NCBI RefSeq assembly: GCF_055900595.2 | Contig: NZ_CM148325.1 | Strand: one strand, 5' to 3' | Length of the DNA stretch: 64,000 nucleotides | Part shown: piece by piece, positions 40,955-53,860 of the stretch | Position numbering within the stretch: the stretch's first letter is position 1 | Layout of the letters: each line of letters starts with the position of its first letter | The notes under the pieces: generated by a model | Database searches by the model: none | Told to the model about the DNA's origin: nothing | The model's input: the letters and a program-made list of their open reading frames with translations, nothing else | Made by a program: the position numbers and the translations under genes

Positions 40955-42457
40955 ATGAGCGAACCCCTGTTAATTGCCCGCACGTCGGACACAGAACTGT
41001 TTTTACTGCCGGGAATGGCTAACCGTCACGGGCTGATTACTGGCGCAACGGGGACGGGTAAAACCGTTACGCTGCAAAAACTGGCGGAGTCATTGTCGGA
41101 AATCGGTGTTCCGGTGTTTATGGCCGATGTAAAAGGCGATCTGACCGGCGTCGCGCAGGCAGGAACTGCGTCGGAAAAACTGCTCGCAAGGCTGAAAAAC
41201 ATCGGCGTCAACGACTGGCAACCGCATGCTAATCCGGTGGTGGTGTGGGATATCTTTGGCGAGAAAGGCCATCCGGTGCGGGCGACGGTTTCAGACCTGG
41301 GGCCGCTGTTGCTGGCGCGACTGTTGAATCTCAACGATGTGCAATCTGGCGTGCTGAATATTATCTTCCGCATTGCTGATGATCAGGGGCTGTTACTGCT
41401 CGACTTTAAAGATTTGCGGGCGATTACCCAGTACATCGGCGATAACGCCAAATCCTTCCAGAATCAGTACGGTAATATCAGTAGCGCATCGGTTGGTGCC
41501 ATCCAGCGCGGGCTGTTGTCGCTGGAACAACAAGGCGCAGCACACTTTTTTGGCGAGCCGATGCTGGATATCAAAGACTGGATGCGCACCGATGCCAATG
41601 GTAAAGGGGTTATCAATATCCTCAGCGCCGAGAAGCTCTACCAGATGCCGAAACTGTATGCCGCCAGCCTGCTGTGGATGCTTTCAGAGTTATATGAACA
41701 ATTACCTGAAGCGGGCGATCTGGAGAAACCAAAACTGGTGTTTTTCTTCGACGAAGCACATCTGCTGTTTAACGATGCGCCACAGGTACTGCTGGATAAG
41801 ATTGAGCAGGTGATAAGGCTTATTCGCTCAAAAGGCGTGGGCGTCTGGTTCGTTTCGCAAAACCCGTCAGATATTCCGGATAATGTGCTCGGACAGCTAG
41901 GTAATCGCGTTCAACACGCTTTGCGGGCTTTTACGCCCAAAGATCAGAAAGCAGTAAAAGCTGCGGCGCAAACCATGCGGGCCAATCCGGCGTTTGATAC
42001 CGAAAAGGCAATCCAGGAACTGGGGACCGGCGAGGCGTTAATCTCGTTTCTCGATGCGAAAGGAAGTCCTTCAGTGGTGGAACGGGCGATGGTTATCGCG
42101 CCTTGTTCGCGAATGGGGCCGGTGACGGAAGATGAGCGTAACGGCCTGATTAATCACTCCCCGGTGTATGGCAAGTACGAGGATGACGTGGACCGGGAAT
42201 CCGCCTATGAGATGTTGCAAAAAGGCTTTCAGGCCAGTACCGGGCAGCAAAATAATCCTCCTGCGAAAGGGAAAGAGGTGGCGGTGGATGACGGTATTCT
42301 TGGTGGATTGAAGGATATTTTGTTTGGCACTACCGGACCACGCGGCGGGAAGAAAGATGGTGTGGTGCAAACAATGGCGAAAAGCGCCGCCCGCCAGGTG
42401 ACGAATCAGATTGTACGCGGTGTGCTGGGGAGTTTGCTGGGGGGGAGAAAAAGGTAA
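40955..42457 (+). CDS. yjgR: DUF853-family P-loop ATPase
   Basis: Walker A GATGTGKT; 500 aa; synteny. Confidence 0.8.
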   Translation: MSEPLLIARTSDTELFLLPGMANRHGLITGATGTGKTVTLQKLAESLSEIGVPVFMADVKGDLTGVAQAGTASEKLLARLKNIGVNDWQPHANPVVVWDIFGEKGHPVRATVSDLGPLLLARLLNLNDVQSGVLNIIFRIADDQGLLLLDFKDLRAITQYIGDNAKSFQNQYGNISSASVGAIQRGLLSLEQQGAAHFFGEPMLDIKDWMRTDANGKGVINILSAEKLYQMPKLYAASLLWMLSELYEQLPEAGDLEKPKLVFFFDEAHLLFNDAPQVLLDKIEQVIRLIRSKGVGVWFVSQNPSDIPDNVLGQLGNRVQHALRAFTPKDQKAVKAAAQTMRANPAFDTEKAIQELGTGEALISFLDAKGSPSVVERAMVIAPCSRMGPVTEDERNGLINHSPVYGKYEDDVDRESAYEMLQKGFQASTGQQNNPPAKGKEVAVDDGILGGLKDILFGTTGPRGGKKDGVVQTMAKSAARQVTNQIVRGVLGSLLGGRKR

Positions 42458-42617
42458 GTCAGGTGCGATTTGTCTTTGCTTGATGCGACGCTGGCGCGTC
42501 TTATCATGCCTACACCACTGCAATATATTGAATTTTCATGATTTTTCAGGCATGAACAAAGCACACTTTGCTAACAATAATAAAGGGAGCTTTCGCTCCC
42601 CTTATACGTTCATCCAG

Positions 42618-43700
42618 TTACGATTTTCTCATTAACAGCCACAGGCTGATTAAGAAGAAGCTGGCGCTTGGCAACAGTGCGCCGATGATCGGCGGGATGC
42701 CGTAAACCAGCGTCAGCGGGCCGAAGATCTGGTCCAGTACGTAGAAGACAAAACCGAAGCTGATACCGGTGACCACACGCACGCCCATCGGCACGCTACG
42801 CAGTGGGCCGAAGATGAACGACAGCGCCATCAGCATCATCACCGCCACAGATAGCGGCTGGAAGATTTTGCTCCACATGTTGAGCTGATAACGTCCGGCA
42901 TCCTGACCGCTCGACTTCAGATACTTCACATAGTTGTGCAAACCACTGATGGAGAGTGCATCCGGGTCCAGCGCCACCACGCCCAGTTTGTCCGGCGTGA
43001 GGTTGGTTTTCCAGGTACCGCTCACCGTCTGTGAACCAGTGATCTGTTTCGGATTGGTCAGATCAGATTCATCAACCTGCGACAGACGCCATACTTTATG
43101 TTCCGGGTCAAACTTCGCGGTAGCGGCATAGCGTACAGATTGCAGACGACGATTCTCATTAAAGGCATAGATACTGATGCCACTTAACTCTTCGTCACCT
43201 TTAACCCGCTCAATGTAGACGAAGTTGTTGCCATCTTTTGCCCATAAGCCTTGCTGGGTAGAGAGCAACGAGCCACCGTACATCGCCTGCGCACGGTAGT
43301 TACGCGCCATCTGCTCGCCCTGCGGTGCGACCCATTCGCCAATCGCCATCGTCAACAAGACCAGCGGAATGGCGGTTTTCATCACCGACAGCGCCACCTG
43401 CATACGGGTAAAACCAGAAGCCTGCATGACCACCAGTTCGCTGCGCTGTGCCAGCATCCCCAACCCAAGTAATGCACCCAGCAGAGCCGCCATCGGGAAG
43501 AAGATTTGCACATCTTTCGGCACGCTCAGCAAGGTATACATTCCTGCGCCTAACGCGTCGTAACTCCCCTGCCCGGCTTTTTTCAGCTGATCGACAAACT
43601 TGATAATGCCCGACAGCGACACCAGCATGAACAGCGTCATCATGATGGTGGTGAAAATAGTTTTACCGATATAGCGGTCAAGTACGCCAAAAGGTTGCAT
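42618..43700 (-). CDS. lptG: LPS export ABC transporter permease LptG
   Basis: Translation MQPFGVLDRYIGKTIF... matches LptG; start at second Met of the ORF. Confidence 0.9.
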   Translation of the reverse strand: MQPFGVLDRYIGKTIFTTIMMTLFMLVSLSGIIKFVDQLKKAGQGSYDALGAGMYTLLSVPKDVQIFFPMAALLGALLGLGMLAQRSELVVMQASGFTRMQVALSVMKTAIPLVLLTMAIGEWVAPQGEQMARNYRAQAMYGGSLLSTQQGLWAKDGNNFVYIERVKGDEELSGISIYAFNENRRLQSVRYAATAKFDPEHKVWRLSQVDESDLTNPKQITGSQTVSGTWKTNLTPDKLGVVALDPDALSISGLHNYVKYLKSSGQDAGRYQLNMWSKIFQPLSVAVMMLMALSFIFGPLRSVPMGVRVVTGISFGFVFYVLDQIFGPLTLVYGIPPIIGALLPSASFFLISLWLLMRKS

Positions 43701-44800
43701 CACACCGCTCCTTTACGCGAAAAACTGGCGCGCAGGCGGCGGACCGGCACGGTGTCCCAAAGGTTGAGAACAATCGCCAAAGCCAGATAAATCAGGTTTA
43801 CGGTCCACATCCACAGCGTCGGGTCCAGCTTACCTTTACCGCCGTTCGATTTCAGGGAGGTCTGGATCAGGAAGAACAACAGATACAGCAGCATGGCTGG
43901 CAGCATCGACAGTACGCGCCCCTGACGCGGGTTAACCACGCTCAGCGGAACGACCATAAGCGCCATCATAAACACGGTGAATACCAGCGTGATACGCCAG
44001 TTCAGTTCTGCGCGGGCACGATCGGTGTCAGTGTTCCACAATGTGCGCATGTCCATCTGGTCGGTATCGTTCGGGTCGAGCGCCACCGCCTGGTGACCAA
44101 TGATCGCCTGATAATCCTGGAAGTCCGTAATGCGGAAATCGCGTAACAGTGCAGTACCTTCGAAGCGCGTTCCCTGGTTGAGAGTGACGACCTGGGAGCC
44201 GTCGCGCAGCTGGGTTAAATGTCCGGAATCGGCCACCACCACAGAAGGACGTGCATTACCTTTTGGTCGAATTTGCGCGAGGAACACATCTTTGAAATCG
44301 CTGCCGTCAACGCTTTCGATGAACAGCACCGAGCTGCCATTAGTCGCTTGCTGGAATTGCCCTTGCGCCAGCGCCGCCATGCCAGGGTTCGCTTTCGCTT
44401 CTGCTAACACTTCATCCTGATGACGCGATGACCACGGTCCCGCCCACATCACGTTAACCGCCGCGACGATTGCCGTGAATACCGCAAGGATCATTGCCGC
44501 TTTCACCAGCACCGCTTTGCTCAGGCCGCAGGCATGCATTACCGTAATTTCACTTTCGGTATACAGTTTGCCCAGCGTCATCAGCAGCCCGAGGAACAGG
44601 CTTAATGGCAGGATAAGCTGCGCCATTTCCGGCACGCCCAACCCGAGAAGGGAGAGCACCAGATTCGCCGGAATATCGCCGTCAACCGCTGCGCCGAGGA
44701 TCCTCACTAACTTTTGACAGAAAAAGATCAAAAGCAAGATGAAGAGTATCGCCAGCTGGCTTTTGAGCGTCTCCCGCACCAGATATCTTATGATTATCAC
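43700..44800 (-). CDS. lptF: LPS export ABC transporter permease LptF
   Basis: Translation MIIIRYLVRETLKSQL... matches LptF; coupled to lptG. Confidence 0.9.
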   Translation of the reverse strand: MIIIRYLVRETLKSQLAILFILLLIFFCQKLVRILGAAVDGDIPANLVLSLLGLGVPEMAQLILPLSLFLGLLMTLGKLYTESEITVMHACGLSKAVLVKAAMILAVFTAIVAAVNVMWAGPWSSRHQDEVLAEAKANPGMAALAQGQFQQATNGSSVLFIESVDGSDFKDVFLAQIRPKGNARPSVVVADSGHLTQLRDGSQVVTLNQGTRFEGTALLRDFRITDFQDYQAIIGHQAVALDPNDTDQMDMRTLWNTDTDRARAELNWRITLVFTVFMMALMVVPLSVVNPRQGRVLSMLPAMLLYLLFFLIQTSLKSNGGKGKLDPTLWMWTVNLIYLALAIVLNLWDTVPVRRLRASFSRKGAV

Positions 44801-45063
44801 TTTAAATACGCCCGTAAAAACTCGTCTTTTGCAGGATTTTAGCTTGTTTCATGGCTTAAACGTCATTTATTCTCTTGAGTCGTCGAAATCGTCGCTAAGA
44901 TAATTATACTCAACGGATTCACCTCTCAGATTTTGTTCTGACGTGCCAATGCCGTAATAACGTTAAGATTAACACGAAGTCATCGCAACAGCGGACATGA
45001 GTTACGAAAGCTTGCAATTCTATCTGTAGCCACCGCCGTTGTCTTTAAGATTCAGGAGCGTAG

Positions 45064-46578
<1,515 letters not shown>

Positions 46579-46580
46579 TT

Positions 46581-46800
46581 GCATCAGGCAAGGCTGTTAT
46601 TGTCGGATGCGGCGTAAACGCCTTATCCGACCTACACAGAGCACCGGACCCGTAGGCCTGATAAGACGCGGCAGCGTCGCATCAGGCAAAGTTGTTATTG
46701 TCGGATGCGGCGTGAGCGCCTTATCCGACCTACACAGCAATGAACTCGTAGGCCTGATAAGACGCGGCAGCGTCGCATCAGGCAATGCTGTGTATTACCA
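46581..46800. repeat. Tandem REP/BIME palindromic elements between pepA and holC
   Basis: About 98-bp unit repeated twice plus a partial third copy (gcatcaggcaa...gtcggatgcggcgt...gccttatccgacctaca...gtaggcctgataagacgcggcagcgtc); imperfect palindromes typical of REP. Confidence 0.75.
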
Positions 46801-46836
46801 AATGCATATTTAAATCCACCACAAGAAGCCCCATTT

Positions 46837-47280
46837 ATGAAAAACGCGACGTTCTATCTTCTGGACAATGACACCACCGTCGATGGCTTAAGCGCCGTTG
46901 AGCAACTGGTGTGTGAAATTGCCGCAGAACGTTGGCGCAGCGGTAAGCGCGTGCTCATCGCTTGTGAAGATGAAAAGCAGGCTTACCGGCTGGATGAAGC
47001 CCTGTGGGCGCGTCCGGCAGAAAGCTTTGTTCCGCATAATTTAGCGGGAGAAGGACCGCGCGGCGGTGCGCCGGTGGAGATCGCCTGGCCGCAAAAGCGT
47101 AGCAGCAGCCCGCGCGATATATTGATTAGTCTGCGAACAAGCTTTGCAGATTTTGCCACCGCTTTCACAGAAGTGGTAGACTTCGTTCCTTATGAAGATT
47201 CTCTGAAACAACTGGCGCGCGAACGCTATAAAGCCTACCGCGTGGCTGGTTTCAACCTGAATACGGCAACCTGGAAATAA
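46837..47280 (+). CDS. holC: DNA polymerase III chi subunit
   Basis: 147-aa protein [24 protein letters not shown]...; position immediately upstream of valS. Confidence 0.9.
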   Translation: MKNATFYLLDNDTTVDGLSAVEQLVCEIAAERWRSGKRVLIACEDEKQAYRLDEALWARPAESFVPHNLAGEGPRGGAPVEIAWPQKRSSSPRDILISLRTSFADFATAFTEVVDFVPYEDSLKQLARERYKAYRVAGFNLNTATWK

Positions 47281-50135
47281 TGGAAAAGACATACAACCCA
47301 CAAGATATCGAACAGCCGCTTTACGAGCACTGGGAAAAGCAGGGCTACTTTAAGCCTAATGGCGATGAAAGCCAGGAAAGTTTCTGCATCATGATCCCGC
47401 CGCCGAACGTCACCGGCAGTTTGCATATGGGTCACGCCTTCCAGCAAACCATCATGGATACCATGATCCGCTATCAGCGCATGCAGGGCAAAAACACCCT
47501 GTGGCAGGTCGGTACTGACCACGCCGGGATCGCTACCCAGATGGTCGTTGAGCGCAAGATTGCCGCAGAAGAAGGTAAAACCCGTCACGACTACGGCCGC
47601 GAAGCTTTCATCGACAAAATCTGGGAATGGAAAGCGGAATCCGGCGGCACCATTACCCGTCAGATGCGCCGTCTCGGCAACTCCGTGGACTGGGAGCGTG
47701 AACGCTTCACCATGGACGAAGGTCTGTCCAATGCGGTGAAAGAAGTTTTCGTTCGTCTGTATAAAGAAGACCTGATTTACCGTGGCAAGCGCCTGGTAAA
47801 CTGGGACCCGAAACTGCGCACCGCTATCTCTGACCTGGAAGTGGAAAACCGCGAATCGAAAGGTTCGATGTGGCACATCCGCTATCCGCTGGCTGACGGC
47901 GCGAAAACCGCAGATGGTAAAGATTATCTGGTGGTTGCGACTACCCGTCCGGAAACCCTACTGGGCGATACCGGCGTAGCCGTTAACCCGGAAGATCCGC
48001 GTTACAAAGATCTGATTGGCAAATATGTCATTCTGCCGCTGGTTAACCGTCGTATTCCGATCGTTGGCGACGAACACGCCGACATGGAAAAAGGCACCGG
48101 CTGCGTGAAAATCACTCCGGCGCACGACTTTAACGACTATGAAGTCGGTAAACGTCACGCGCTGCCGATGATCAACATCCTGACCTTTGACGGTGATATC
48201 CGTGAAAGCGCCCAGGTGTTCGATACCAAAGGTAACGAATCTGACGTTTATTCCAGCGAAATCCCGGCAGAGTTCCAGAAACTCGAGCGTTTTGCTGCAC
48301 GTAAAGCAGTCGTTGCTGCGGTTGATGCACTCGGCCTGCTGGAAGAAATTAAACCGCACGACCTGACCGTTCCTTACGGCGACCGTGGCGGCGTGGTTAT
48401 CGAACCGATGCTGACCGACCAGTGGTACGTGCGTGCCGATGTACTGGCGAAACCGGCAGTTGAAGCGGTTGAGAACGGCGACATTCAGTTCGTACCGAAG
48501 CAGTACGAAAACATGTACTTCTCCTGGATGCGCGATATTCAGGACTGGTGTATCTCTCGTCAGCTGTGGTGGGGTCACCGCATCCCGGCATGGTATGACG
48601 ACGCGGGTAACGTTTATGTTGGCCGCAACGAAGACGAAGTGCGTAAAGAAAATAACCTCGGTGCTGATGTTGCCCTGCGTCAGGACGAAGATGTTCTCGA
48701 CACCTGGTTCTCCTCCGCACTGTGGACCTTCTCTACCCTTGGCTGGCCGGAAAACACCGACGCCCTGCGTCAGTTCCACCCAACCAGCGTGATGGTATCT
48801 GGTTTCGACATCATCTTCTTCTGGATTGCCCGCATGATCATGATGACCATGCACTTCATCAAAGATGAAAATGGCAAACCGCAGGTGCCGTTCCACACCG
48901 TTTACATGACCGGTCTGATTCGTGATGACGAAGGTCAAAAGATGTCCAAATCCAAGGGTAACGTGATTGACCCGCTGGATATGGTTGACGGTATTTCGCT
49001 GCCGGAACTGCTGGAAAAACGTACCGGTAATATGATGCAGCCGCAGTTGGCGGACAAAATCCGTAAGCGCACCGAGAAGCAGTTCCCGAACGGCATTGAG
49101 CCGCACGGTACTGACGCGCTGCGCTTCACCCTGGCGGCGCTGGCTTCTACCGGTCGTGACATCAACTGGGATATGAAGCGTCTGGAAGGCTACCGTAACT
49201 TCTGTAACAAGCTGTGGAACGCCAGCCGCTTTGTGCTGATGAACACAGAAGGTCAGGATTGCGGCTTTAACGGCGGTGAAATGACGCTGTCGCTGGCGGA
49301 CCGCTGGATTCTGGCAGAATTCAACCAGACCATCAAAGCATACCGCGAAGCGCTGGACAGCTTCCGCTTCGATATCGCCGCAGGCATTCTGTATGAATTC
49401 ACATGGAACCAGTTCTGCGACTGGTATCTGGAGCTGACCAAGCCGGTAATGAACGGTGGCACCGAAGCCGAACTGCGCGGTACTCGCCATACACTGGTGA
49501 CTGTACTGGAAGGTCTGCTGCGCCTCGCGCATCCGATCATTCCGTTCATCACCGAAACCATCTGGCAGCGTGTGAAAGTACTTTGCGGTATCACTGCCGA
49601 CACCATCATGCTGCAACCGTTCCCGCAGTATGATGCATCTCAGGTTGATGAAGCCGCACTGGCCGACACCGAGTGGCTGAAACAGGCGATCGTTGCTGTA
49701 CGTAACATCCGTGCAGAAATGAACATCGCGCCGGGCAAACCGCTGGAGCTGTTGCTTCGTGGTTGCAGCGCGGATGCAGAGCGTCGCGTAAATGAAAACC
49801 ATGGCTTCCTGCAAACGCTGGCGCGTCTGGAAAGCATCACCGTGCTGCCTGCCGATGACAAAGGTCCGGTTTCCGTTACCAAGATCATCGACGGTGCAGA
49901 GCTGCTGATCCCGATGGCTGGCCTCATCAACAAAGAAGATGAGCTGGCGCGTCTGGCGAAAGAAGTGGCGAAGATTGAAGGTGAAATCAGCCGTATCGAG
50001 AACAAACTGGCGAATGAAGGCTTTGTAGCGCGCGCACCAGAAGCGGTCATCGCGAAAGAGCGTGAGAAGCTGGAAGGTTATGCGGAAGCGAAAGCGAAAC
50101 TGATTGAGCAGCAGGCTGTTATCGCCGCGCTGTAA
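47280..50135 (+). CDS. valS: Valyl-tRNA synthetase
   Basis: Class I aaRS HMGH ([10 protein letters not shown]) and KMSKS motifs; 951 aa. Confidence 0.95.
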   Translation: MEKTYNPQDIEQPLYEHWEKQGYFKPNGDESQESFCIMIPPPNVTGSLHMGHAFQQTIMDTMIRYQRMQGKNTLWQVGTDHAGIATQMVVERKIAAEEGKTRHDYGREAFIDKIWEWKAESGGTITRQMRRLGNSVDWERERFTMDEGLSNAVKEVFVRLYKEDLIYRGKRLVNWDPKLRTAISDLEVENRESKGSMWHIRYPLADGAKTADGKDYLVVATTRPETLLGDTGVAVNPEDPRYKDLIGKYVILPLVNRRIPIVGDEHADMEKGTGCVKITPAHDFNDYEVGKRHALPMINILTFDGDIRESAQVFDTKGNESDVYSSEIPAEFQKLERFAARKAVVAAVDALGLLEEIKPHDLTVPYGDRGGVVIEPMLTDQWYVRADVLAKPAVEAVENGDIQFVPKQYENMYFSWMRDIQDWCISRQLWWGHRIPAWYDDAGNVYVGRNEDEVRKENNLGADVALRQDEDVLDTWFSSALWTFSTLGWPENTDALRQFHPTSVMVSGFDIIFFWIARMIMMTMHFIKDENGKPQVPFHTVYMTGLIRDDEGQKMSKSKGNVIDPLDMVDGISLPELLEKRTGNMMQPQLADKIRKRTEKQFPNGIEPHGTDALRFTLAALASTGRDINWDMKRLEGYRNFCNKLWNASRFVLMNTEGQDCGFNGGEMTLSLADRWILAEFNQTIKAYREALDSFRFDIAAGILYEFTWNQFCDWYLELTKPVMNGGTEAELRGTRHTLVTVLEGLLRLAHPIIPFITETIWQRVKVLCGITADTIMLQPFPQYDASQVDEAALADTEWLKQAIVAVRNIRAEMNIAPGKPLELLLRGCSADAERRVNENHGFLQTLARLESITVLPADDKGPVSVTKIIDGAELLIPMAGLINKEDELARLAKEVAKIEGEISRIENKLANEGFVARAPEAVIAKEREKLEGYAEAKAKLIEQQAVIAAL

Positions 50136-50159
50136 TCAACACCGTGATGAAAACGAAGG

Positions 50160-50186
50160 CCGGAGCATGCTCCGGCCTTTTTTATC
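50160..50186. terminator. Rho-independent terminator after valS, possibly bidirectional with convergent yjgN
   Basis: GC hairpin ggccggagc-atg-ctccggcc followed by TTTTTT. Confidence 0.75.
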
Positions 50187-50188
50187 TC

Positions 50189-51385
50189 TTACAGAAATGG
50201 TAAAGAAGGCATAACTCCCCGAGAAATACTGGCTAAGAAGCCTTTATCTGGTTGTTCTTCTTTATTGATTAAAGGAAGGTCATCCAAATCGCCCAGCAAA
50301 TACGTATTTTTTGCCTGCCAGTCAATCATCCATATTTTCAACAGTGGATAAGCCAGACCGCCCGTAATCCCGGATATCACCACCAACGCACACATGCGAT
50401 AAAGCATACCGTGGTACGTTAAAGTTGAGCGAAAACGAATACGCCCATCATTCAGTGACAGGTTGCTCATAAAATGGTTTCGCAACGACACCGTTAAATA
50501 ACTGGTGCTAACAGCAATCCCAAAATAATAGATTAACTGCGCGATTATCATTTTACGTTGCATTTCCATAAATTGCTGTAAATTCTCAATGTCATCATTT
50601 GCATATACAGAACTATCATACGCATTTAATATTTGATCGAAGATAATATAACCAGCAACAGCGAGAAAAGGCAATAAAGCTAAAAATGCGAGAATGGCAT
50701 ATTTTATACAATACGTAGTATCTAATTTCACCTTGAAACGATGTATACCGAAACTGGTATTGCTCCAGAGAAAACTCATTACCAGACTATATAAAGTACC
50801 ATTAAAAATACCAATGGAAACAATACCAACTATTGCCATCAGAACCATAGATATAATAACACTACTTGAACTATTGGCATGTAGCATCTTTGTCGAGATA
50901 AAGAAAACAGTCCCCATCCCAACGGCCATTAAAATCGGCAAGAAAAAGGTCACCCACCAGAACCCTTTCATAGAGCAATTAAAACTAAATCTTACGCCAT
51001 TGAGACTGGTCATTAAGGCCTGATGACGCAGTCCTTTTGCTGCCATAAATATAAGCAAAACCAACAGTAACAAAGTCAAAACACAACCAACAAGCGGCAT
51101 ATCTGCTGACACTGTCATTAAGATTGCGAAATAGAAAAAAACAAAAACAAGACAACTAACAAAAACATTCCCACCGGTAATTCCATAAGAAAATCGTTGT
51201 CCGTTAACTTCCATATTAGCATAAAGATAACGCTTACATTTCATTAATGCCCATGGTAAATAGATACCTAACGTTATAATCGTTAACAACACATTCACCA
51301 CACAAATAAGAAAATACCTCTCACCTGTACCATGAAAAACAAACGAATGGGACGGAACATCCATTTCATTAATAACTTGAGCCAT
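50189..51385 (-). CDS. yjgN: DUF898-family inner membrane protein
   Basis: Polytopic membrane protein; start taken at internal Met MAQVINEMDV; synteny. Confidence 0.7.
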   Translation of the reverse strand: MAQVINEMDVPSHSFVFHGTGERYFLICVVNVLLTIITLGIYLPWALMKCKRYLYANMEVNGQRFSYGITGGNVFVSCLVFVFFYFAILMTVSADMPLVGCVLTLLLLVLLIFMAAKGLRHQALMTSLNGVRFSFNCSMKGFWWVTFFLPILMAVGMGTVFFISTKMLHANSSSSVIISMVLMAIVGIVSIGIFNGTLYSLVMSFLWSNTSFGIHRFKVKLDTTYCIKYAILAFLALLPFLAVAGYIIFDQILNAYDSSVYANDDIENLQQFMEMQRKMIIAQLIYYFGIAVSTSYLTVSLRNHFMSNLSLNDGRIRFRSTLTYHGMLYRMCALVVISGITGGLAYPLLKIWMIDWQAKNTYLLGDLDDLPLINKEEQPDKGFLASISRGVMPSLPFL

Positions 51386-51577
51386 AAAAAATCCCTGAAT
51401 TAAAAAATCCATTGATATAACTTATATATACAGACAGTAAAATGTTCTGCCACGTTACAATACTCTTATCAGTAATAGGCTGGCAAAAACTTTATTACTT
51501 TATAAGTCGCTTGCGCACGTAAGAAGAGAGTGGTATTAAACAAATGTATAATTACTTTATTTTTATTGGGTTAAACT

Positions 51578-52081
51578 ATGAATAACATTGCGCCGCAATC
51601 ACCTGTAATGCGTCGCCTGACGCTGCAGGATAATCCTGCTATCGCCCGCGTCATTCGTCAGGTATCCGCCGAATACGGTCTTACCGCTGATAAAGGCTAC
51701 ACCGTCGCCGATCCGAATCTTGACGAGCTGTATCAAGTGTATAGTCAGCCTGGCCATGCATATTGGGTAGTTGAGTACGAGGGTGAAGTGGTCGGCGGCG
51801 GTGGGATAGCGCCATTAACCGGGAGTGAGTCGGACATTTGCGAACTGCAAAAGATGTATTTTCTTCCGGCTATCCGCGGCAAAGGGCTGGCAAAAAAACT
51901 GGCCTTAATGGCGATGGAGCAGGCGCGAGAGATGGGTTTCAAACGCTGCTATCTGGAAACGACAGCTTTTTTAAAGGAAGCCATTGCGCTTTATGAGCAT
52001 TTGGGCTTTGAGCATATCGACTATGCGCTTGGCTGCACGGGCCATGTCGATTGTGAAGTGCGGATGTTGCGCGAACTCTAA
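51578..52081 (+). CDS. yjgM: GNAT-family N-acetyltransferase
   Basis: 167 aa with acetyl-CoA binding-like motif RGKGLAKKL; synteny. Confidence 0.75.
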   Translation: MNNIAPQSPVMRRLTLQDNPAIARVIRQVSAEYGLTADKGYTVADPNLDELYQVYSQPGHAYWVVEYEGEVVGGGGIAPLTGSESDICELQKMYFLPAIRGKGLAKKLALMAMEQAREMGFKRCYLETTAFLKEAIALYEHLGFEHIDYALGCTGHVDCEVRMLREL

Positions 52082-52225
52082 AAAAATGCCCGCGTGTTCA
52101 ACTCGCGGGCATTCGAACATTAACAACGTACGTTTTGTTTATGCCGGATGTGACATGAATGCCTTATCCGGGCAACAAATTCACCAGGTTGCAGGAACTA
52201 CCTGGGCCTGATGCGCTACGCTTAA

Positions 52226-52642
52226 TTAGTGGCGAACTCCGTCATCGTCTTCATCGACAAAATCTTCATCGTCGCCATCTTCGCCGTTAGGATCTTCAAA
52301 GTAAGTGCCCCAACCGTCGTACTCAACGTCAAATTTCTCTGCCAGCGTCATCAGTTGTTCAACCTGGGCATCGATCAGATCGGCATTCAACGCGCACTCG
52401 CTGAGGATGTCGCAGCAAATCACGATATCACCATCTTCAACTTCCAGCTCTTCTGGATCGGTCACTTCGTAACCGAGTTTAAACGCTTCAACTGCCGATT
52501 TTTCCAGAGTTTCCAGATCGTCTGCGGAAAGATGGTGTTCGATGGTGTACAGCGCGTCCGGATCGCTGCCATCTTCCAGTAATTCTTCAATAATCAAACG
52601 TGTTTCTTCACGCTGTTCTTCCAGTTGTTCCGGGTTTGCCAT
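52226..52642 (-). CDS. rraB: Regulator of RNase E activity B
   Basis: 138-aa highly acidic protein [29 protein letters not shown]...; synteny. Confidence 0.8.
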   Translation of the reverse strand: MANPEQLEEQREETRLIIEELLEDGSDPDALYTIEHHLSADDLETLEKSAVEAFKLGYEVTDPEELEVEDGDIVICCDILSECALNADLIDAQVEQLMTLAEKFDVEYDGWGTYFEDPNGEDGDDEDFVDEDDDGVRH

Positions 52643-52804
52643 GGCTCATTCCTCTTAATGTCCTGCCGATACTCTTATTGTCACACACCACTGACATTGC
52701 CTCCACCTTTGTCACAAAGTTTTATTTATCAAGCTTGCAAATGAATAATCATTCATATAGATTGAATTTTAATTCATCAAAGGCGTATGCCATGGGAGGG
52801 AAGT

Positions 52805-53809
52805 ATGTCCAGTTTTTATCAGAAGCATTTTTTGAAGTTACTCGATTTTACCTCTTCAGATCTCACCACCCTGCTACAACTTGCCGCAACACTGAAATCC
52901 GCGAAGAAAAACGGCACTGAAGAAGCCAAACTCACTGGTAAAAACATCGCGCTCATCTTCGAAAAAGACTCGACTCGTACACGATGCTCTTTCGAAGTTG
53001 CCGCATATGATCAAGGGGCACGTGTCACTTATCTCGGTTCAAGCGGTAGCCAGATCGGTCATAAAGAATCGATTAAAGATACGGCTCGTGTTCTTGGTCG
53101 GATGTACGACGGGATTCAGTATCGCGGCTACGGTCAGGAAATTGTCGAAACACTGGCTGAATATGCGGGAGTACCTGTGTGGAATGGCCTGACGGATGAG
53201 TTTCACCCGACACAGCTGCTGGCAGATCTCCTCACGATGCAGGAACATCTGCCAGGTAAAGCGTTCAATGAAATGACGCTGGTATACGCCGGAGATGCTC
53301 GTAACAACATGGGGAACTCAATGCTGGAAGCTGCGGCGTTGACCGGGCTGGATCTGCGTTTAGTCGCGCCGAAAGCCTGCTGGCCGGAAGCATCGCTGGT
53401 CGCCGAATGCAGTGCTCTGGCACAAAAACACGGGGGTAAAATCACCTTGACGGAAGATATCGCCTCTGGGGTTAAAGGCGCAGATTTTATCTATACCGAT
53501 GTCTGGGTATCGATGGGTGAGCCCAAAGAGAAATGGGCGGAGCGTATTGCCCTGCTGCGTGACTATCAGGTGAATAGCAAAATGATGGCCCTGACCGGTA
53601 ATCCGCAGGTTAAATTCCTCCACTGTCTGCCTGCATTTCATGATGATCAAACCACGCTAGGTAAAAAAATGGCCGCAGAATTTGGTCTGCATGGTGGAAT
53701 GGAAGTCACCGATGAAGTCTTTGAATCTCCGGCAAGTATTGTCTTTGACCAGGCAGAAAACCGGATGCACACCATAAAAGCGGTGATGGTAGCGACACTC
53801 AGTAAATAA
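52805..53809 (+). CDS. argI: Ornithine carbamoyltransferase
   Basis: STRTR carbamoyl-phosphate motif and HCLP motif; start taken at internal Met [10 protein letters not shown]. Confidence 0.9.
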   Translation: MSSFYQKHFLKLLDFTSSDLTTLLQLAATLKSAKKNGTEEAKLTGKNIALIFEKDSTRTRCSFEVAAYDQGARVTYLGSSGSQIGHKESIKDTARVLGRMYDGIQYRGYGQEIVETLAEYAGVPVWNGLTDEFHPTQLLADLLTMQEHLPGKAFNEMTLVYAGDARNNMGNSMLEAAALTGLDLRLVAPKACWPEASLVAECSALAQKHGGKITLTEDIASGVKGADFIYTDVWVSMGEPKEKWAERIALLRDYQVNSKMMALTGNPQVKFLHCLPAFHDDQTTLGKKMAAEFGLHGGMEVTDEVFESPASIVFDQAENRMHTIKAVMVATLSK

Positions 53810-53860
53810 TTTGTACCTCTATAACGATGCCGGGAAATACAATATTATCCCGGCATCCTA

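Noticed and set aside
46581-46800. Tandem ~98-bp repeats that could be mistaken for a CRISPR array
   Set aside because: Units are long imperfect palindromes with REP/BIME consensus, with no short unique spacers and no cas genes nearby.
47958-49814. 618-aa minus-strand ORF
   Set aside because: Entirely antisense to valS, whose translation matches valyl-tRNA synthetase; long antisense ORFs are common in GC-rich genes.
52141-52210. Partial REP-like sequence between yjgM and rraB
   Set aside because: Only a degenerate half-element (atgccggatg...gccttatccggg) is visible; too weak to call a repeat feature confidently.
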